A stretch of DNA of 64,000 bases from assembly GCA_963575745.1 (NCBI GenBank), contig CAUYUJ010000034.1, positions 1-64,000 of the forward strand. Direction: 5' to 3'. Positions 1 through 13,179 of this stretch are shown piece after piece (position 1 is the first letter of the stretch; each line of letters opens with the position of its first letter). The position numbers were made by a program, and so were the translations under genes. This DNA is from Prorocentrum cordatum (lineage: Eukaryota). Below the pieces are notes generated by a model, which saw only the letters and a list, made by a program, of their open reading frames with translations, was not told the origin of the DNA and did no database searches.

Positions 1-30
1 TCCTCCTCCTCCTCCTCCTCCTCCTCCTCG

Positions 31-590
31 ATCAGCGCCAGAGCCCGCTGCCACTGCTCGCCCTGCTCGAGCGCGTTGCTGGCCCCAGCGATGTCTCTAT
101 CGACACTGGGCTGCAGAATGGCCTCCAGCATCTCCCTCACCAGCGCCCGAGCCCACAGCAACTGCACGTCCTTCTCGCACAAACTGGCCCCAGCGCTGTA
201 GCAGATGACTTTGGGTTCCAATTTCAAATCCCACATCTCGCCGTGCAGCGCCGGAAGCTGCTGCCATTGCTCTCCCCTGCCGCGCGTGCTGACCCCAGCG
301 TGAAAGCGGATGGCAGTGGGTTCCAGCTTCGCGCTGTTCCAATCCGTGTAGCTGATGGCACTGGGCTGCACTATCTTCTCTCTCGCGCCCCTGAGCAGCG
401 CCAGAGTCCGCTGCCACAGCCCCCTTGCCGTGCACGCAACGACCCCAGCACTGTAGGTGACGGCGTTGAATTCTATCCTCGGCCCCCGCATCTCACAGGA
501 CGGCGCCAGAGAGCGTTGCCACAGCCTGCCCTTCTCGCCCGCGCCGATCCTGGCACTGCGGCTGATGACGGTGCTGGGCGCGATTATCTT
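31..590 (-). pseudogene. Degenerate pentatricopeptide-repeat (PPR)-like units (~5) embedded in (GAG)n tracts
   Basis: Minus-strand translation gives repeated ~35-aa units such as VTYSAGVVACTARGLWQRTLALL, EMWDLKLEPKVICYSAGASLCEK and EQGEQWQRALAL. The frame runs off the left edge of the window. Confidence 0.6.
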
Positions 591-594
591 CGCC

Positions 595-920
595 CCTCCT
601 CCTCCTCCTCCTCCTCCTCCTCCTCCTCCTCCTCCTCCTCCTCCTCCTCCTCCTCCTCCTGCTCCTCGTCCTCCTCCTCCTCCTCCTCCTCATCCTCCTC
701 CTCCTCATCCTCCTCCTCCTCATACCGCCTCCTCGCCTCCGCTCTCCGACCCTCTCGCCTCCCTCCTCCTCCTCCTCCTTCCTCCTCTCCTCCTCCTCCT
801 CCCTCCTCCTCATCCTCCTCCTCCTCCTCCTCATCTCTCCTACTCCTCCACCTCCTCCTCCTCCTCCCCCTCCTCCTCCCTCTCCTCCTCCTCCTCCTCC
901 TCCTCCTCCTCCTCCTCTTC
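595..920. repeat. (CCT)n microsatellite
   Basis: Directly visible trinucleotide run. Confidence 0.95.
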
Positions 921-1658
921 TTGTTCCTCGTGGTGCCTAGCCCTTCTCCTCAATTTTCCTCTGACTCTCCCCTTGGGCTTCCCCCACAGGGCCTGCGCTG
1001 GCGCTGTTTGGCTAGAGAATGTACGATGTGGATCTGATTTAACAAGAGGTGGCGACACTGCCGGATGTGCACGGCGTCGCGTTTAAACTTGATTCGACTG
1101 ACACTATGACACTAGGGGAATTGAGTTTCTAAGCCATCAAAGCGTGTGCGAACACGGCTTTCAAGCACCTACGTTTTTAACAACGCAGGGGCGGCATTGC
1201 AACACTTTTGCCAGCAGAACGCGCGCGCGCATCAACGCATTTTGTGACGAAGCCAACATTTCGGAACGATCTGCGCAACACTCTAACCAACACTGACGCC
1301 ACAAACAAGGCATGTTGCAAAACATGTCCTTCGCGCAATAAAACTGAAACTTTTTGGACTGAAGCGACAACCATCAACGCATTGAGAAAACGCGCGCTTC
1401 GAAAATCGACACGTCGACACACAGCACAACCCCAAAATCTACACAGATCCCAACGATGGAGAAGGCGTGATCCACCGCCGCTTTACTGTGGAAAATCGTC
1501 GCTCTTTTCCTCTGGAACCCGGGGTCCCCCCCCCCCTTCTCCGAAAATCCCCCGCTCCCCCCTCCGGGCTGCCCCCCCCCCCCCCTGCTTCCGGCAAAAC
1601 CCCCGCCCTCCCCTAACCCCTACCCCCCTCCACCCCCTCGAACTAGAAAACCGGAGAG

Positions 1659-2303
1659 GGTCACTACCAGTTCGAACCCCAACCCCCTCCCCCCCTCGAA
1701 AACTGGAGGGGGGTCACTACCGATTCGAACCACTGAGCTGTCCCACTGTTCCCACCACTGCCCCCACTGCCCCCACCACTGTCCCCACTGTACCCCTGTC
1801 CCACTGTCCCACCGCCGTCTTCGCCACCGCCTTCACCACTGCCCCCACCACCACTGTACCCTCCACTGTCCCACTGTTCCCAGCACATTCCCCTTGTCCC
1901 CACACCACTGTCCCCACCACCACCGTCCCCACCACTGCCCCACTGTCCCCACTGTCCCCACCATTCTCCTCACCATTGTCCCCACCACTACCGCCCCCAC
2001 CACTGTCCCACTGTCCCCACCACTGCCCCGCTGTCCCCTCACCACTGTCCCCACCACCACCGTCCCCACCACTGTCCGCACCTCCCCTCAATTTTCGAGG
2101 GGGCGGGGGGTGCGGAGGGGGTTCGAACCGGTAGTGACCCCCCCCCCCCAGTTTTCGAGCTCGAGGGAGGGAGGGGTTCGAGGCGGTAGTGACCCCCTCC
2201 TCTTCTCATGATGAACTGGGGAGGGGGGGGGATCGAACCAGTAGTGAACCCCGCCGGTTTTCCGGAGGGGCGGGGGGGGGAGGGGTTTGAACCGGTAGTG
2301 ACC
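1659..2303. repeat. Foldback-like structure: ~55-bp modules in inverted orientation around a (CCACTGTCC)n core
   Basis: GGTCACTACCNNTTCGAACC at 1659 and 1712. Its reverse complement occurs at 2120, 2175, 2230 and 2284. Minisatellite at 1735-2080. Confidence 0.6.
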
Positions 2304-2889
2304 CCCCCCGGTTTCCCGCCAGCAGCGGTGAAATACGCTCTTTCCAACGACATTATTCAAAATGATGTCCGCGCAGCGCTCAAAAAAATTGTAGTTATGC
2401 TGGTCCTAATTGTGGTGCACCTGGTCGCCGTCGTGGTGGTGACGGCGCTGCTGGCGGCAGACGTGGTGGTGGCTGTTGGTAGCAGTGGTGGCGGTCTTTG
2501 TCGCCGACGTGGGGGTGGCGCTGCTGGTTGCTACTGCGGGTCGCGATTATGGTAGTGGTGCTGGTGGTGCTGGCAGCGCTGCGTGTCGTAGTCGTGGTGG
2601 TGCTGCTGGTTGTTGTCGCGGCACTGCTATCCGCACTCGTACTGGTGGCGCTGCTGGTCGCAGCTGTACGGTGGTGCTGCTGGTGGTGCTGCGAGCCGCC
2701 AGAGTCGTAGTGGCGCTGCTTGTCGCCGTCGTGATAATAATGCTGTTGGCCGCAGTCGTGGCGGCGGTTCTCTTGGTCGCAGTTGTAACGATTATGGTCG
2801 CCGTCGTTGGTGGCGTTGCTGGTCGCAGTCGTGGTGTGGTTGCTGGTCCTGTTGTGCGTTGTGGGCAACGGCGCTAGTGTCTCGCAGCA

Positions 2890-5880
2890 GTTGTTGTTGG
2901 CTTCCCCTGCGACCCTCGCCCATGCTCGTTCGAGCGGCTTCGCGCGTCTGGCGAGAAGCCCCGCGTGGAGGCATGTGGCCTGGTGGTCTCTCCCAGCGTG
3001 CCCCGCAGGGCCCAGCAGCCCAGGCGGCCGTTGACTCCGCAGCTGCGCGGGAAGTCTGGGGCGCCGGCGCAGGGCTGCCTGGAACCGCGCTGGCTGGAGC
3101 GCGCGCCCACTGGGTGGCGGGCTGGGCTCGCAGCCAGTAAGCGACCCTCGGTCCTGAGGCTGACGTTGGCCTGGCTGGATTGGCCCTGGCGAGGCTGGCC
3201 CTGGCGAGGCTGGGCGTGGACACGCTGTCCCTGTAGTAGGCGCTGCGCGCGGGACACGCATGGGACTGCCAGCCGTGCCGCCATCAACCTGGCTCGGCGG
3301 CCTCCTTGCGCGGCGGCGGCCCTGGGCGCAGCCCCCAGAGCAGGTAGGTCCAGGATGGTCTTCGGGAGCCCTCGGTCTCGAGCGCCTGAGCGGCCGCGGC
3401 AGCCGCAGCGAAGTTGCCCCTGCGGCAGGGCCTGTCGCCGTCAAGAAGGTTCCTGGTGACTGGTTCCTAAAGTGGCTGGGTGGTTGCCGCTTCGACAGGG
3501 CGCTGTTAGTGGAGCACGCAGAAGACTTTTGCCCACGCGCCCCAGTCAGCCGCCGAGGACGCGCGCGTAGAGCTTTGGAAGCCGAGGGGGGGAGAGGCCA
3601 CTCACCCCCCCAAAATTGCGTCGCCCGGGCACTGCTGCCACTGCGCGCGCCCATCGCTCCGCCCCCTCCTCTTGCGACACTGCGGGGCCCCACAGGAGGC
3701 GGCGCCGGGTGGTCCACATGTCGTCGACGCGGCCTCTCGCGTACACGGCGGTGTCTTCGGGCGGCAACGTTTGTAGCAGGGCAGGCCGTGAGCACCTGGG
3801 GGGGCGCAAAGAAGGAGGAGCTAAGTGCATTGTTGGTCAGGCAAAGTAGCGCGCCACTTCGTCCACGAGCCTCCTCCCAACCTGGAGCCTGCTCACCCAA
3901 GAAGTGCCGCGAGGAATTCTGGGAAGTCTGGGGGGCCCTCCACCCTCCAGGGCACCCGGGACTCTGATCCCTTGGTCGGGTGGCGCTCCGTCGCCCCTCC
4001 AGACGTCGCGCCCCAGCTCGCCCATTCCAGGTGGCGCCGCGCCTTCGTCCTTGCTGTAGGCCCAACGCTTGCCGAGGTGGCCATCCACATTTGCGCGGAA
4101 GTGAACTGCGCCCGTGGTAGTCTCAAAGGCGGCTCTGGCCCTGGCACTGGTACTCTAGATAGACACGTCGTCCAAGAAAGCGACCAGGCAGTCCCCTTGC
4201 TCGAGAGCGCTGGACGCGCTCACTAGCTCTCCAAGCAAGGCGGGCGAAAAAATTGCTAGGACCAGCGCGCCCCTTTGTCCCACCCCCCCTCCCGGGTGCA
4301 CGTCGAGCACACCCCTCGCTTGTCGTGCCAAAGGTAAGTGGGGTCTTCCCCGTGTCACATCGTCAACGAGGGAATTAGACCGGCCAGCTGTGGGCGAGCA
4401 CGGAGCTCTTGAAGAAGGCGGACCTCGAGACCTGAGCGACGGCCCCGATTTTATTAATGCTTACACCCACTGCGTGGCCATCGTGGTCCCGCACTGACCT
4501 CAGCAGCATGGCGGCGCAATCTGTCCTTGCCCGCGTCGTTAGGCCGAACTGGGAGGGCGCGGCTACGGCCGCGAACTGCTCGGCGAACTGCTCAGCGAGC
4601 GCCCTTGCGACCAGTCGGCGGAAGACGCCTGCCGCGGCGATGCCCTGCATAATATCGCCCGGCCCTCGAAGCGCCGTCAACTTGCAAGAAGGGCGAGCGC
4701 GCGGGCAATCGGGGCGAGCATCGTCCAGGGACTCGTCGCGCTCCAGCAGCGAAACCAGGTGCTCGACTGGGACCCCGGACGGCCCTGTTGCCAGGCCCTC
4801 TTTAGCGGACCGGGGGCAAGCGAGGAGCATGGTCTTCTCGAGTCTCGCTCAGTCGACTGCGCGGTCCAGGTCGGCAAGCCAGGTCGGCGGCTCAGGGTGG
4901 GCGGTCAGCGGGTGGGGCGTCGCAGCCTGCGCAGTCTCTCCCAGTTGCCGGGCGCAGTCGCCGCCGCGGTCAACACCTGTCGCCCTCGCGACGGGCTGCC
5001 CTTGCGGACGCGCGTGCAGGCTTGTTCTCTCCGTCTCTCCTGTTGCTCTTCTGTGGCTGGCCTCGGCGCTGCGCGCGCGCCCGTTGTGGTGTTGGTCTCG
5101 CGTGGCAGGGCGCGCGCTCCAGGAGCTCGCGTCGGCTCTCGGCGTTGAGGGCCCTGCGCTTGCTTAGCAGGAGCCTCGAGGCGAGGAGGAGCAAAGTCCA
5201 TCCCTGCTGGATTGTTCCCTGGTTGCCTTGGTCGTGTCCTCGTCTGATCCTCCTCCAGGGCGAGGTGGACGCCATCCAGGTCCCCGCGCGCAGGAAGCGC
5301 GGCACGTTCGGCAGCGTCGGCACGACTCACCGAAACTCGCGTTGGAGATCGATGCCCCGTAAAGCTGCCCAGGACTCCTCGGTGGGCCCGTCGCGCTGGG
5401 CTGGGGGTTGCGCTGGCTCGGCCTCGCGATCGGTCTCTTCGGTGCTGGTGCTGCTCTCGCTGGAGTTGCCGTCGCCGTCGTTGGCGCCTGGCGGCGGGAG
5501 CGGCGGTGGGAGCGCAGCAGCTGCCCAGAGAGCTGGGTTGCGCAGTTCATCTGCGCGTGCATCAACTCCTCTTGCAAGTGCGCTGCCGCCGAATACCTCG
5601 AGGAGGAGGTACTGCACCAGCGGCTGTATGCAACTGGTGCTGCTGTGCGCCACGGACGGAACGACAGCTGCGACGGACGTGTCCCGGCCAGCCGGGCCAG
5701 CGCACAGCAGCACGATACCATGGCCAGCCCACGTCGCGCCAGGAAGCGCGCGCGTCAGGCCCGCGCAGGCCCACCGGCTCACCGCGCTGAAGCCTCCCAG
5801 GGCTGCGTGACCAAACTGGCTAGCCCAGCGCTCCCAGATCCCACCTATCCTCAGGAGTCTAAAATGCAAAAACAAATGTA
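2890..5880 (-). mobile_element. Decayed CRE-clade (RLE-type) non-LTR retrotransposon
   Basis: Frameshifted RT fragments LTALRGP..QGIAAAGVFRRLVARALAEQF..QFGLTTRARTDC (4375-4830) and GVGQRGAL..VAFLDD (4155-4358). C-terminal DHQATC..GLLARRAKPLERAWARVAGEA (~2900-3050) resembles the CRE Zn-knuckle/RLE region. Confidence 0.75.
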
Positions 5881-5881
5881 A

Positions 5882-5901
5882 CCTGAAAACCAAAGTGGCT
5901 G
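5882..5901 (-). other. Candidate relic dinoflagellate spliced leader at the 5' end of the CRE relic
   Basis: Minus strand reads CAGCCACTTTGGTTTTCAGG versus the DinoSL 3' part TAGCCATTTTGGCTCAAG. Confidence 0.35.
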
Positions 5902-5944
5902 TAGAAGGTGGACACACGGGCTGACCGAACTGTCAAGATGATGT

Positions 5945-7845
5945 GTCAGTGTGTGGTGTGTGTCGTGTGTTTGTGTGTGTTGTTGCATGTTGTGTTTTGT
6001 GCGTTGTCTTGCTTTGTGCTGTGTTGTGTTGTGCTGTGCTGTGTTATGTTGTGCTGTGTTGCTTTGTGTCGTCTTGTGTTGTGCTGTGTTGTGATGTGGT
6101 GAGTGTGTGGGCTGTGTGTTGTGTGTTGTGTGTTGTGCGTTGTGTGCTGTGTTGTGAGTTGTGTGTTGTGTGCTGTGTGTTGTGATATGTGTTGAATATT
6201 GCGTGCTAGGTGTTGTGTTGTGTTGTGTGCTGTGTTGTGCGTAATGGGTTGTGTTGTGTGCGTGTTATGTGTTGTCTTGTGTTTTGTGCCTTGTGTATTG
6301 TATTGTATGGATTGTGTCTTGCGGTTTCTGTCTTGTGTCCTGTGCTGTGTGCTGTGTGCTGTGTGTTGTGTGTTGTGTATGATCTGTGCTGTGTGTTGTG
6401 TGTGTTGTGTGCGTGATGTGTACTGTGTGCTGTGTGTTGTGTGTTGTGTGTTGTGCGTTGTGTTGCATTGTGTGCTGTGTGTTGTGAATTGTGTTGTGTG
6501 TCGTGCACTGCGTGTTGTGGGTTGTGTGTGCCGTGGTGTTGTGTGTTGTGTGTTGTGCGTGGTGTGTGTTATGTGTGCTGTGTTGTGTTGTGTGTTGTGT
6601 GTTATACGTTGTGTTCTGTGGTGTGTGGTGTGTGCTGTGTGTTGTGTTGTGCTATGTCTCTTGTGTGTTGTGTGTTGTGTGTTGTGTTGTGTGGTATATG
6701 TTGTGTGCTGTGTGGTGTGTCGTGTGTCGTGTGTCGTGTGTCGTGTGGTGTGTGTTGTGTTGTGCGTTGTGTGCTGTGTGGTTTGTGCTGTGTGTTGTGT
6801 TGAGGTGTGTGTCTTGTGGGTTGTGTGTTGTGTGTTGTGGTGTGTGTTATATGGTGTGTGCTGTGTGGTGTGTCGTGTGTCGTGTGTCGTGTGGTGTGTG
6901 TGTTGTGTTGTGCGTTGTGTGCTGTGTGTTTTGTGCTGTGTGTTGTGTTGTGGTGTTTGTCTTGTGTGCTGTGTGTTGTTTGTTGTGTGGTATATGCTGT
7001 GTGTTGTGTGGTGTGTCTCGTGTGTTGTGTGTTGTGGTGTGTGTGATGTGTCGTGTGTCGTGTGTCGTGTGTTGTGTGTTGTACGTTGCGTGTTGTGTGT
7101 TGTGTGTTGCGTGTTGTGTGTTGTGTCTTGTGTGTGTGATATGTGAAATGTGTTGTGTGTTTTTGTGTGCTTGGTGTGTAATGTCTGCTATTTGTTGTGT
7201 GTTGCGCGTTGTGTTGTGTTGTGTGCTGTGTGTTGTGAATGTTGTGTTGTGTCTTGTGCACTTCGTGTTGTGAGTTGTGTGTGCCGTGTTGTTGTGTGTT
7301 GTGTGCTATGCGTGCTGTGCGTTGTGTGTGTGCTGTGTCGTGTTGTGTGTTGTGTGTTCTGTGTTATACGTTTTGTGTTGTGTGGTGTGTGTTATGTGCT
7401 GTGTGTTGTGTCTCTTGTGTGTTGTGTGTTGTGTGTTGTGTGTTGTGTGGTATATGTTGTGTGTTGTGTGGTGTGTGTGTCGTGTGTCGTGCGGTGTGTG
7501 TTGTGTGTTCTATGTTTTGTGCCGTGTGGTGTGTGTTGTATGCTGTGTGTTGTGATGTGGTGTGTCTTGTGTATGGTGTGTTGTGTGTGATGTGTGGTAT
7601 ATGTTGTGTGTTGTGATGTTTGTGCCGTGTGTCGTGTGTTGTGTGTGTTGTGTGTGATGTGTCGTGTGTCGTGTGTCGTCTGTTGTGTGTTGTATGTTGC
7701 GTGTTTGTGTTGCGTGTTGTGTGTTGTGCGTTCTGTGTTGTGTGTTGCGTCTTGTGTCTCGTGTATTGTGCCTTGCGCGTTGTGTGTTGTGTGTTCTGTA
7801 TTATGTGTTGTGTGTTGTGTATTGTATGCGTGTGTGTGGGTGTGC
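5945..7845. repeat. Degenerate (TGTGT)n/(TG)n microsatellite
   Basis: Directly visible. It generates the spurious C/V-rich ORFs. Confidence 0.95.
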
Positions 7846-8659
7846 GAAACCATCGCCAGTTGTCAATCTCTGGAACGCCACGATGCGAGCCACAACGCCC
7901 AAAGTGGAGCCATCAACACCTCAACCATCAAACGCACGCAGGCAGGAACGCATGAGACGCAGGCGCGCAGGAGCAGGCAACGAGTGAGGGAAGAAGGAGA
8001 AGCATCCGCGCACCCCCGCCATCGCATATCCCTGCTGAGAACTTTCAACAGCAATTGCGCAGCAGTCTGCCCGTGCGGCTGTCAATGAAGCGGGCGGAAC
8101 GGCCCGCGGGTAGACGGTCCACGGCACTGTCAGACACGCCCCGGCGCAAGGGAAGCTCAGCGGTACCTGCACTATTACCCCTGAGTGGTGTTGAAAATTG
8201 CCCTTCTTCCCATGTTCATACGCGCCGGAACATAGATGTATCCAGACGACTGGACACCACACCCGCTTGGCGGCCCGATGAGAAATCCTCTAAACACGTC
8301 CGGGTGTGGAAATTGGCAGGCCAAACTTCGAAGTCAAAGAAGCAGCAACGACAAGGTCTTAAAAGAAAGCCCGGAGAAGACGAGGACGAAGATATGATAG
8401 ACAAAACTGGAGGCTGGAGTAAGCAGTAGAGTAAAAAAACAAACCCAAGGAGATGGAAGTGGAGAACAAGCCAAGCGATGTGCGCCCGCGCCGTAACTGC
8501 GGACGCGTTTCGTGGCCGAGCTAAAACCTTAATAAATCAGAATGAAAGGACCCAACGGTCATCCACTGTCCCTGGGTGCGCGCCTGAAGTGGAACTCCAC
8601 GGCGCGGCTTCTGCTTGACATTGTTGCGTTTCGTTGTTGATGTTGTTGTCCACCCCTAC

Positions 8660-8880
8660 CCGGCCCGCGAACCACCCGCGACCCACCCGCGACCCACCCG
8701 CGACCCGGCCGCCACCCACCCCGCGACCCACCCGCGATCCACCCGCGACCCACCCGCAACCCACCCCGCGACCCGCCGACGACCGACCCGCCACCCACCC
8801 GCGACCCTTCCGCGACCCGGCCCGCGACCCACCCGCGACCCACACGCGACCCACCCGCGACCCACCCGCGACCCACCCAC
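8660..8880. repeat. 11-mer minisatellite (CGACCCACCCG)n
   Basis: Directly visible. Confidence 0.85.
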
Positions 8881-9009
8881 ATTGCTTGAAGAAAATCGGC
8901 GCTTGCGGCGGGCTCGTTGTATAGTTTGCGAAAATTAAACGCCTGCGGCGGATTTCTTCAAGAAGTCTGCCCACGTCCCCGCCGCCCTTGATCCGCAACT
9001 GCGGGGCGT

Positions 9010-9650
9010 ATAACATATATATATATATATGCACACACATATGTATACACATATACATACATACTAACGTATACATACATACATACACATACACATAGAC
9101 ATACACATATACAAATATACATGCAAATACGAATACATATGCAACTACAAGTACATACACATGGACATATGCATATACATATACATATATACGTAAGCAT
9201 ATACATATACATATACCTATACCTATACATATACATATACATAGACGTAGACATAGACACTACATGTACATATTGGTCTGTTATTATATATATATACACA
9301 TACACATACACATATGCATATACATTACAATCACCTGCACAAATACATATACACATACATAAACATACACAAAAAACAATGTATATATGTATACGTATAG
9401 ACATATATGTATATAAATGCATATACAAATGCATCAACATAGACCTATACATTTACATATACATATACATATACACATACATATACATATACAAATACAT
9501 AGACATATACATATGCAAGTACATACACATATACAAATACATCTACACAGATAGAAAATATACACAAACATATGCAAATAAATATACGTATACATAGGCA
9601 TATGGATGTACGTATACATACACATATGCTAATACATCATTATTTTACAT

Positions 9651-9689
<39 letters not shown>

Positions 9690-10225
9690 CTACACATACA
9701 TGTACATAGACAGATACATGAACATTTACATATGCATATACATAAAATGCTCATACGTATACACATGCATGCATACCTATACATACACGTATACATATCC
9801 ATGTATACATGTACATATGTACACAGACGTATACATATATATATATACATGTATACATGTATATACGTATACGTACACATTTACATATACATATACGTAG
9901 AAATATACATACATATAAACATATATGCATGCACATATGCATAGACATATACAGCTACACTTACATGTACAGAATTACGCATGTATACATTCCACACATA
10001 AATACGCATATACCTACGTTTGTACGTATACACACAAATAAACCTACACACATACATACACATACATACAAATACACATGTCTAAACATGTACTGTACAT
10101 ATGTATATATACATACACATACATAATTTGTTCATTTCATGTGTATACTTGTTATATATGAATATAACATGTTCTGCTTCGGGTAAATACATTATACATA
10201 TAAATATAATATATATATATATATC
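9010..10225. repeat. Degenerate (TA)n/(CATA)n microsatellite
   Basis: Directly visible. Confidence 0.95.
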
Positions 10226-10669
10226 GTCTTGCGCGAACGGACACAGAGAGCTGCGCACGCAGGAGGAAGAAGTGGTGGCGCTGTTAACTGGACGACGGGC
10301 GCCAAGAGGAGGAGGAGAATGAGAGGAGAGCCAGCGCAAACCCAAAGCACACCAACAATGTTGCAACATACCCTCCCAGGTTCCTTCTTCAGTAGGTCCC
10401 TGAAGGAATTTCTGTTCATTGCTGGGAAAGGCCCGTCAGACGACAATCATTTGAGAACCCCCACCCGTGCCAGAACACAGTTCCTGGGATTTCAGCGCCG
10501 CGAATCTACAAAGTTGTGGCGTCCTGGTAATCCAAAATCGTGCCAGAACGCCGTTCCTAGGACTTGGCCCCGCATGTCAGGTCACTACTAAGTCCTGGCA
10601 ATCCTACGTCGTGCCCGCACAGAATTTGAAGACTTCGGCCATACGACTTTTTTTCTCCAAACTGCTGCA

Positions 10670-12490
10670 GACTTTTATAAAACGAATGTGCGCGGCGATA
10701 CATCGAAAGCCACCTGTTAGGCAGGAGCCGACACCATTCTTGAACTGTTGGAAACTTTGAAACCAGTTGTGCGCGGCCCTCGGGCGATACCCACATTTTG
10801 AAAACAACCCAGCCCAAGGAAAATCTCATGCGCGCGGCGCGAAGGAGAGAGCCACATGTTGAAAACCGCCCGCCGTTCATCCTCGAACTGTGGCATACTT
10901 TCAAAAGAATGTGCGCGGCGTTACGGCGAAAACGCCCCTTGTTGGCTCCGCGGAACTGTCTTCATAGTTCTACCTTCGATATCGCAAACGACAAAACAAT
11001 GTCAAGCGAAACGCCCGGCCCTCCCTACCGGCACGACTGGGGGGGGTGACAGAGAAACATCGCGTGTTCATACGAAAATATGACAAGGAAGATGGGGAGG
11101 TAGAGGAGAACCAATGTAAACGCAAGACGCATCAACGATATTAGAAGAAACCTTCTCTCCGAGCTCCCTTTTCATAGGCCCCTACAAAGACTCATGTCCA
11201 CTGAGGGAAGCGAACATCCTAAGGCGTGCCAAAAAAAAACACTCTCGGGACTTCCACGCTACAAGTGCACCTGATGGTTGCCTCTTGACGATCCTGCATC
11301 GTGCCAGAGAGTCGCCCCTGGGACTTCAACACCGCAAACCAACGCAACCGCTGCGCCCTGACAATCCTGAGTTACTCCAAGCCACAATTCTGGAAAGGTA
11401 ACCCTGGGAACCCGTGAAACTGCTGCGAATGATTAAAACGAGTGCGCGCGGCATCAATGCGAGAGCCACATTCTGAAAACCACCCGCCATGAATCCGTGA
11501 AACCCTCGCACAATCTTAAAACACGTGTGCGCGGCGTTAAGGCCCTGAAAACCACCCGCCATCCATCCGTGAAACTCTTGCATTGACTAAAAAGAAAAAT
11601 GCGCTGCGCTAAAGTGAGAACCACATGTTGAAAACGACCCGCCCTCAATCCGCGAAACTCTTGCAAATTGTTGAAAAAAACGGGTGCGCGCGACGCTAAA
11701 GGCGAGAACCACATTTTGAATCACACCCGCTCTTAATCCGTGCAAGTCTTGCATTGTACAAAACCAACGTACAGGAGGAAAAGGAAGACGAGGAGGAGGA
11801 GGAGGAAGAGGAGGAAGAACCAGCGTTAACACAAGACTCATCGACGATATTGCGATAAACCCTCCCTCCAAGGTCCCTTCTCATAAATCCCTGCGAAGGT
11901 TCATGTTTTTCCTTGAGGGAAGGGCCGACTTGGAAAACAGCCGTTTGAAAATCCAGAACTGTGCCAGAACACCGCTTCTGGGACGTCAACGCCGCGAATC
12001 ACCGGTGCTGTTGCCTCTTGACGACCCCGAATCGTGCCAGAGCACCGTCCCTGGGACTTCAACACCGCGAATCCACATGACTGTTGCGCCCTAACCTTAC
12101 GACATCGTGTCAAAGCATAACTTCTGGGACGTTAACCCCCTGGGAACCCTTGAAAATATGGCAAACTCTGAAAGCGAATGCGCGCGGCGCTAAGGCGAGA
12201 GCCACATTTTGAAGAGGAACCACCCTCCAGCCGTGAAACCCTTGCAGTAAACCCTTGCAATTGCTTGAAACGAATGCGCGTAGCGCTGAAGCGAAAGCCG
12301 CATTTTGAAAACGGCCCGCCCTCCATCCGCGAAACTCATGCCCATGTTGACTTAAAACGAATGCGCGCGGCGCTGAGGCGAGAGCCGCATTTTGCAAACG
12401 ACCCGCACTCCATCCGTGAAACCGTTGCCACTTGTTTAGACGATTGTGCGCGGCGCTAAGGCGAGAGCCAGATTTCGAAAATGACCCGCC
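10670..12490. repeat. Three clusters of a diverged ~85-bp tandem repeat
   Basis: Recurrent AAACGAATGCGCGCGGCGCTAAGGCGAGAGCCACATTTTGAAAAC..CCCGCC..CATCCGTGAAAC at ~10680-10930, 11435-11750 and 12170-12490. Confidence 0.8.
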
Positions 12491-13179
12491 CTCCTCCTCC
12501 TCCTCCTCCGCCTCCTCCTCCTCCTCCTCCTCCTCCTCCTCCTCCTCCTCCTCCCCCAGGACGATGATGAAACTGTTGCAAATTGCAAGCTTCAGGATCG
12601 CAAGTGGTGGGGGAGCTCCGGGCGGAACGCCCAGCCCGCCCTCTCGACCAGCCTCGGGGTGCGACAGGGAAGACTTACGTGTGAGGAAGGTAAGGGAGAT
12701 CGATAGAGAAGGAGGAGGAGGAGGAGGAGGAGTAGGAGGAGAAGATAGTGTGGCTTCTGTCTCCGCCACACTGTGCTGCAGGAGGAAGAGGAGGAGGGGA
12801 GGAGCAGCAGGAGGAGGAGGACGAAGAGGAGGAGGAGGCGGACAAGGAAGTGAAGAAGGAGGAGGAGGAGGAGGCGGAAGAGGACAATCACGAACAGCAA
12901 CAGCAAGAACTGGAGCGGAAGGAACGGGGGGGGGGAGCAGGAGGACCAGGGCAAGGCAGAGGAGCTGAGCCAGAGGAACAGAGGGAGGATGTGGAAGGAG
13001 GAAGAAGATGATGACGCACAGCGGCAGAGGGGAGTGGAGTGGAAGGACCGGGGGGGGGGGCAGGAGGACCAGGGGAAAGCGGAGGAGGGGAAAGGAGGAG
13101 GGCGACAACGATGAGGAAGGACCCGGATCCAGAAACATTGCCCATCCTGGGGCAAGACACCACTACCCCAACAAAAACG

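Noticed and set aside
1659..2303. GGTTCGAACC as part of tRNA genes
   Set aside because: No cloverleaf or A-box can be built around it.
8495..8560. CGAAACGCGTC on the minus strand as a Penelope-type hammerhead ribozyme
   Set aside because: No CTGANGA core at a suitable distance.
5908..10126. Long C/V-, H/T- and Y/I-rich ORFs
   Set aside because: They are translations of microsatellites. The same applies to ORFs over the CCT, GAG, CTA and 77-bp repeats.
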